Below are positions 62,328 through 64,000 of a DNA stretch of 64,000 nt, one piece after another (within the stretch, counting starts at the first letter, position 1; each line of letters opens with the position of its first letter). A program made the translations under genes and the position numbers. Origin of the DNA: Desulfobacterales bacterium (GTDB taxonomy: Bacteria; Desulfobacterota; Desulfobacteria; Desulfobacterales; UBA2245); assembly GCA_040771865.1 (NCBI GenBank), contig JAXGZF010000006.1, positions 62,001 through 126,000 of the forward strand, written 5' to 3'. The notes beneath the pieces were generated by a model that was not told the origin of the DNA, made no database searches, and worked only from the letters and a program-made list of their open reading frames with translations.

Positions 62328-63584
62328 ATGTCTTTGGAAGCAACCATTGTCCGAATTGCAAAGGCGGCCAGAGCCGCCTCCGTTCAAATGGCCCGATGCG
62401 CGCAGGAGAAAAAAAATCAGGCTCTGCTGAATATCGCAAAGCTGCTGGAAGCCGGGTCATTGCGGATTCAGGAAGAAAACCAGAAGGATCTGGAACGGGC
62501 TCGCGAGATGGGCCTTTCCGCCGCAATGATCGACCGGCTGACGGTCAATCCGAAAACCCTCGCTTCCATGACCGAGGGGCTTCGCGATGTGGTAGGGCTC
62601 GAGGATCCGGTCGGAGCGATCGCCAGAACATGGCGGCGGCCCAACGGGCTTCAGGTGTCCCGAATGCGCATTCCGCTGGGGGTTATCGGAATCATTTACG
62701 AGTCCAGGCCCAATGTGACTGTCGATGCCGCCGCTCTCTGCCTGAAGGCGGGAAACGCCGTGATCCTGAGGGGCGGATCCGAAGCGTTTTTATCCAACCG
62801 GATTCTGTCCGACATCATCAGCCAGGGGCTTTCCCGGGCCGGCTTGCCCGCCGAAGCCGTCCAGCTGGTGCCGGTTCGCGAAAGAGAAGCCGTCAATATT
62901 CTGCTCCGCCAGGAGGAGGATGTCGATCTGATCATTCCCCGGGGCGGCGAGGGGCTGATCCGCTTTGTCGTGAAAAACTCCAGAATACCGGTTTTAAAGC
63001 ACTACAAAGGGGTCTGCCATGTGTATGTGGATGCGGGCGCCGACCATTCCATGGCCGAAGAGATCTGCTTCAACGCCAAGGTGCAGCGTCCGGGCGTGTG
63101 CAACGCCATGGAAACCCTTCTCGTGCACCAGAGCGAGGCCAAGGCCTTTCTGCCGAAAGTGGCCGCACGGCTTCAAGCCGCCGGCGTGGAGCTTCGGGGA
63201 TGTTCGAGAACACTTGCCGTGCTTCCGGGGATTCGGGCCGCCGAGGAAAGCGACTGGCCCGCCGAATATCTGGATCTGATCCTGGCCGTCAGAGTGGTTC
63301 AGGACATGGACGAGGCCCTGGCCCATATCGATCAACACGGCTCCAAACATACCGAGGCCATCGTGACCTCGGATTACCGCCGGGCCCGGCGGTTCGTCGC
63401 CGAGGCGGATTCGTCCGTGGTTCTGGTCAATGCTTCCACAAGGTTCAATGACGGAGGACAGCTCGGGCTGGGCGCGGAAATCGGCATCAGCACGTCCAAA
63501 CTGCATGCTTTCGGGCCCATGGGCCTTGAAGAACTCACCACCACGAAGTTCGTGGTTTTCGGCGACGGCCAGATTCGAAGCTGA
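62328..63584 (+). CDS. proA: Gamma-glutamyl phosphate reductase
   Basis: [32 protein letters not shown]. Confidence 0.97.
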   Translation: MSLEATIVRIAKAARAASVQMARCAQEKKNQALLNIAKLLEAGSLRIQEENQKDLERAREMGLSAAMIDRLTVNPKTLASMTEGLRDVVGLEDPVGAIARTWRRPNGLQVSRMRIPLGVIGIIYESRPNVTVDAAALCLKAGNAVILRGGSEAFLSNRILSDIISQGLSRAGLPAEAVQLVPVREREAVNILLRQEEDVDLIIPRGGEGLIRFVVKNSRIPVLKHYKGVCHVYVDAGADHSMAEEICFNAKVQRPGVCNAMETLLVHQSEAKAFLPKVAARLQAAGVELRGCSRTLAVLPGIRAAEESDWPAEYLDLILAVRVVQDMDEALAHIDQHGSKHTEAIVTSDYRRARRFVAEADSSVVLVNASTRFNDGGQLGLGAEIGISTSKLHAFGPMGLEELTTTKFVVFGDGQIRS

Positions 63585-63599
63585 CCGCGAAGGAGTCGG

Positions 63600-64000
63600 G
63601 TGAAGCGCATCGGCCTTTTCGGAGGAACGTTCAATCCCATCCATCTGGGACACCTGCGTACGGCCGTGGAGGTGGGCGAGAAACTGAGTCTGGATGTTGT
63701 GTTTCTCATTCCTTCGGCCCTTCCTCCGCACAAGGACTCGACCGCGTTGATCAGCGCCGAAGACCGCCTGGCCATGGCGCGCATCGCCGTTGAAGGCAGT
63801 GGGCTGTTTCAGGTGTCCGACGTGGAACTCATGCGCTCCGGTCCTTCTTATACCATCGATACGGTTCGGTATTTCAAGTCCCGTTTCGGCGATGCGGCGC
63901 TGTTCTGGATCGTCGGCGCCGACGCCTTCCTGGAACTGGATACCTGGAAGGACTACCAGACCCTTCTGGATGAAATCGCATTTGTCGTCATGACCCGGCC
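63600..64000 (+). CDS. nadD: Nicotinate-nucleotide adenylyltransferase (5' part, truncated by window)
   Basis: Manual translation from GTG 63600: RIGLFGGTFNPIHLGH, PPHK, SYTIDT. Confidence 0.95.
   Translation, partial: MKRIGLFGGTFNPIHLGHLRTAVEVGEKLSLDVVFLIPSALPPHKDSTALISAEDRLAMARIAVEGSGLFQVSDVELMRSGPSYTIDTVRYFKSRFGDAALFWIVGADAFLELDTWKDYQTLLDEIAFVVMTR

Overview
This 64-kb window is bacterial chromosome, most likely from an anaerobic Desulfobacterota (deltaproteobacterial) organism, as inferred from gene content. Core loci are dnaJ-like/thyX/ABC-F, rnd, thrS, the rpmH-rnpA-yidD-yidC-jag-mnmE operon followed by a perfect parS palindrome, asnS, htrA, a radical SAM fusion plus rng, a complete hdrCBA-flxDCBA cluster, tkt, and rplU-rpmA-obgE-proB-proA-nadD. 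About 37 kb of mostly accessory DNA lies between rng and rplU. It includes a decayed defence/mobile-element region (34.6-38.1 kb) with remnants of Fic, a DUF1156 methyltransferase, a RAYT-like transposase with REP-like repeats that stutter at their 3' ends, IS481, a group IIC intron 5' end and hicAB. It also holds an intact single-chain type IIG restriction-modification enzyme, and next to it Mu-like phage MuF/nuclease-tip remnants each followed by a compact predicted RNA structure. Other items are orphan E1 alpha/beta genes, a lipoprotein plus beta-barrel pair, an FdhD lacking its catalytic Cys loop, and three copies of a 143-bp MITE. No tRNA, rRNA, CRISPR array or oriC was seen. All family calls come from motif recognition by eye; no searches were run.
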